From positions 62,001-112,946 of the forward strand of contig SVIS01000003.1 of NCBI GenBank assembly GCA_015069385.1: 50,946 nucleotides of DNA, read 5' to 3'. Shown one piece after another: positions 50,003 to 50,946 of the stretch (position 1 is its first letter; the number at the start of each line of letters is the position of its first letter). Source of the DNA: Clostridiales bacterium. Lineage in GTDB: Bacteria > Bacillota > Clostridia > Christensenellales > UBA1242. The position numbers and the translations under genes were made by a program. Below the pieces are notes generated by a model. The model ran no database searches and was not told the DNA's origin. It was given only the letters and a program-made list of their open reading frames with translations.

Positions 50003-50273
50003 AGTGTTTTGGTTGTAAAATAAAAAACCTCCTTTATCTCAAATAGCAAAAAACAACCATAATAATTGCATATTGATTATTTTTTTGCCATTCATAAAGA
50101 AGATTTTAACCTAGTCTTTATTATTATTCTTACGTAACACATCGCGAATGGTCGAATTGAAATGCTACACTTGCATATTAACATAAAATTATTTTGATGT
50201 CAATACATTATATAAGTGTCATTGCTTCGCTCCAACCGACTAGCACACATCTATGAACTAAATGATTTTAACG

Positions 50274-50946
50274 TTAACCTTGATAGTTGTATACTTTAGT
50301 AGCATTTGTAAGAGGGGCGTTGCTTGTGTCAATAGTTATAGCGTTCCATTCTTCTTCTGTGCCAGTATAATTTACTGTAGTTAATAAAGGACAATTCATA
50401 AATGCATTTGTTTTAATTTCTGTCAAACTATTTGAAAGAGTGAGATTTTCTAAATTAACAGAACTTGAAAAGCAAGAGGTTGATATAATTGTTATTCCAC
50501 GTCCAATTACAAGTTTAGTAATTTTAAAGTTAGTACAAGCATACTCGCCAATGCTCGTAACACTATCTGGTATTATAAATGTTCCTGTTATTCCACTACA
50601 ACCATTAAATGCATACATTCCAATACTAGTTAATGTTGAAGGTAGGGTTATACTAGTAATTCCGGTGCAACCATAAAATGAAGATTTTGCTCCTGGGTTT
50701 GTGTCTGGAATACTTACAACTGTACATTCTTCACCATTAAAAATAACTTTTGATGGAATTATTAAATCGCCAGTTGGTTTATTAGATGAGTTTGCTACCA
50801 CGCTTAATGTTTTTGCATCTGCATCTAAAACCGAGAATGTTAGATTGGTATAAGTAGAAGCATCTAATACTTCTTCTTCGACTACTGGCTCAGTGCTTTG
50901 CAATTGAATATTAAAACCATAGTTGCCGGTTACTGATTCATTATCA
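50274..50946 (-). CDS. BspA-type leucine-rich-repeat (LRR_5) surface protein, 5'-partial (runs off the window end)
   Basis: Repeats such as 'CTGITSITLPSTLTSIGMYAFNGCSGIT' and 'IPDSVTSIGEYAC'. The reading frame stays open to 50946. Confidence 0.6.
   Translation of the reverse strand, partial: DNESVTGNYGFNIQLQSTEPVVEEEVLDASTYTNLTFSVLDADAKTLSVVANSSNKPTGDLIIPSKVIFNGEECTVVSIPDTNPGAKSSFYGCTGITSITLPSTLTSIGMYAFNGCSGITGTFIIPDSVTSIGEYACTNFKITKLVIGRGITIISTSCFSSSVNLENLTLSNSLTEIKTNAFMNCPLLTTVNYTGTEEEWNAITIDTSNAPLTNATKVYNYQG

Noticed and set aside
1-50946. Possibility of a Mollicute genetic code (TGA=Trp) given the very low GC
   Set aside because: Long housekeeping ORFs (thrS, mnmG, pncB, ligD, gerAA) are intact under the standard code. 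sigH, the gerA operon, veg and dapA/lysC are present, which indicates a sporulating Firmicute rather than a Mycoplasma.

Overview
This is an AT-rich (about 30% GC) chromosomal window from a spore-forming Firmicute that uses the standard genetic code; long ORFs such as thrS, mnmG and ligD are intact with no TGA recoding. It is mostly housekeeping and accessory genes, with the following content from left to right:
- A class II Fic AMPylase next to a SLOG/DUF1273-like gene and an XRE regulator.
- A T-box-controlled thrS that lacks the TGS domain.
- A large NAD-salvage and ADP-ribose supercluster, with pncA, a Nudix gene, nadM and pncB on one strand and a PRTase-domain gene, nadE, an ADP-ribosylglycohydrolase and an NrtR-like regulator on the other. 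Candidate operators sit in the shared intergenic region.
- An M16 peptidase, a lysC-dapA pair and a rubrerythrin.
- A tRNA-Arg(CCT) followed by two tandem 125-bp units that each carry a 3' fragment of that tRNA.
- mrnC, rlmB and sigH, then a cluster of four DnaA boxes downstream of rsmG-mnmG.
- tlyA and veg.
- A gerAA-gerAB-gerAC germinant-receptor operon.
- A split NHEJ module (ku, ligD PE-ligase, ligD polymerase).
- Lipoproteins and a BspA-type LRR surface protein that runs off the window end.
The most striking observation is a pair of paralogous surface-protein genes about 10.7 kb apart on the same strand. They share an identical N-terminal leader, C-terminus and promoter core, and differ by a homopolymeric G tract (8 versus 10) placed exactly between the -35 and -10 elements. 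The resulting spacers are 15 bp and 17 bp, which is the classic signature of slipped-strand phase variation. A third long C tract (C9) lies inside the 3' end of the M16 peptidase gene. All calls are from reading the sequence; no database searches were possible.
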